From Solirubrobacterales bacterium (GTDB taxonomy: Bacteria; Actinomycetota; Thermoleophilia; Solirubrobacterales; Solirubrobacteraceae): DNA of 64,000 nt. The position numbers and the translations under genes were made by a program. This document shows, one piece after another, positions 63,080 to 64,000 of the stretch (within the stretch, counting starts at the first letter, position 1; every line of letters starts with the position of its first letter). Location: positions 26,556 to 90,555 of the forward strand of contig JBBSLI010000009.1 of NCBI GenBank assembly GCA_038255395.1, in the 5' to 3' direction. The notes under the pieces were generated by a model. That model saw only the letters and a program-made list of their open reading frames with translations, ran no database searches and was not told where the DNA came from.

Positions 63080-64000
63080 CTAGTGGACGACCCGCGCCAC
63101 GTAGCCGTCGCCCGCGACCGCCGCCAGCACCTGCTGGGCGTGCTCGCGACCACGGGTCTCCAGGACGAGCTGCACGGCGGTCTCGCGAACATGCAGGTCG
63201 ACGCCCTCGCGGACATGCTCGACCTCGACGAGGTTGGCGCCGGCAGCGGCGACGCACGCCAGCAGGCCCGCCAGCGAACCGGGCCGGTCGGGAACGCGGG
63301 TGAAGAGCGCCAGCCGCCGCCCGACCTGCGTCTCGTGGCGGCGCGTGACCGCGGCGAGCAGCCCGGCGTCGACGTTGCCACCGGACAGCACGACCACCGT
63401 GGTACCGCGCTCGGCGGGCGCGACCAGGCCCTCCAGCAGAGCCGCCGCGCCGACGGCTCCTGCGCCCTCGACCACCAGCTTGCTGCGCTCCATCAGCAGC
63501 ACCATCGCCTCGGCGATCTCGTCCTCGCCGACCGCGACCACGTCGTCGAGCCAGCGCGCGATCAGCCCGAGCGTGAGCTCGCCCGGCCGCTTGACCGCGA
63601 TCCCGTCGGCGATCGACAGCGCCGATGACACAGACACCGGCTGGCCACGCCGCAGCGAATCGAGAAACGGCGCACAGGCCTCGGCCTGCACGCCGACGAC
63701 CTCGACCCCCGGCCGGGCCGACTTGACCGCGATCGCGATCCCGCTCGCCAGCCCACCGCCGCCGACGGGCACGACGACCTTCGCGAGGTCCTCGACGTCC
63801 TCGAGCAGCTCGAGCCCGATCGTGCCCTGGCCGGCCACGACGTCGGGGTCGTCGAAGGGGTGCACGAATGCCAGCCCGCCCTCCTGCGCGCGCGCGGCCG
63901 CCGCCGCAAAGCAGTCCTCCAGCGAGTCGCCGGCGAGGTGCACGACCGCGCCCAGCGCCGCGCAGCCCTCGATCTTGGCCAGCGGCGCCTGCTGCGGCAT
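63080..64000 (-). CDS. ilvA: threonine ammonia-lyase / threonine dehydratase, C-terminal ~306 codons (the 5' end lies beyond the window end)
   Basis: FVHPFDDPDVVAGQGTIGLELLED, VPVGGGGLASGIA, VVGVQAE, SIADGIAV, VVEGAGA...LSGGN, then an ACT-like tail. The frame is open to position 64000. Confidence 0.8.
   Translation of the reverse strand: MPQQAPLAKIEGCAALGAVVHLAGDSLEDCFAAAAARAQEGGLAFVHPFDDPDVVAGQGTIGLELLEDVEDLAKVVVPVGGGGLASGIAIAVKSARPGVEVVGVQAEACAPFLDSLRRGQPVSVSSALSIADGIAVKRPGELTLGLIARWLDDVVAVGEDEIAEAMVLLMERSKLVVEGAGAVGAAALLEGLVAPAERGTTVVVLSGGNVDAGLLAAVTRRHETQVGRRLALFTRVPDRPGSLAGLLACVAAAGANLVEVEHVREGVDLHVRETAVQLVLETRGREHAQQVLAAVAGDGYVARVVH

Overview
Very GC-rich (about 70% or more by eye) actinobacterial-type chromosomal segment, densely coded on both strands. 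I found no rRNA, tRNA, CRISPR array, transposase or integrase. Conserved metabolism sits at two places: (i) a complete GlgE alpha-glucan pathway block, malQ divergent from glgE-treS-mak-glgB with 4-nt start/stop overlaps (11.7-20.1 kb), and (ii) treZ-glgX-treY (53.7-59.6 kb). Between and around them lies accessory material. This includes secreted FG-GAP and RCC1-propeller proteins (7.2-11.7 kb) and regulators (two LuxR, one GntR/FadR with a perfect palindromic operator). An S8 protease appears to be translated from a leaderless mRNA. A five-gene surface-protein operon (33.0-41.4 kb: TIG, BNR-sialidase-like plus 3x CWB2, a second RCC1 propeller, a large Ig/adhesin-like protein) is bracketed by directly repeated remnants of a second glgB and an Ig-like repeat gene. 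A 2-kb mosaic of gene fragments (41.5-43.3 kb) is followed by a vapBC toxin-antitoxin pair. The most unusual single gene is an FtsH-type protease with two tandem AAA+ modules in front of one M41 peptidase domain (44.3-46.9 kb), divergent from two tandem MarP-like (CvpA plus S1 protease) genes. Other signals are a dispersed, structured REP-like intergenic repeat family (at least 4 loci), recurrent TATAGT -10 boxes, a perfect 3x12-bp G-quadruplex-type repeat inside treY, and a 580-bp unexplained convergent intergenic region. All calls come from reading the ORF translations and the sequence by eye. Start codons are approximate, and family names are recognised from motifs, not from searches.
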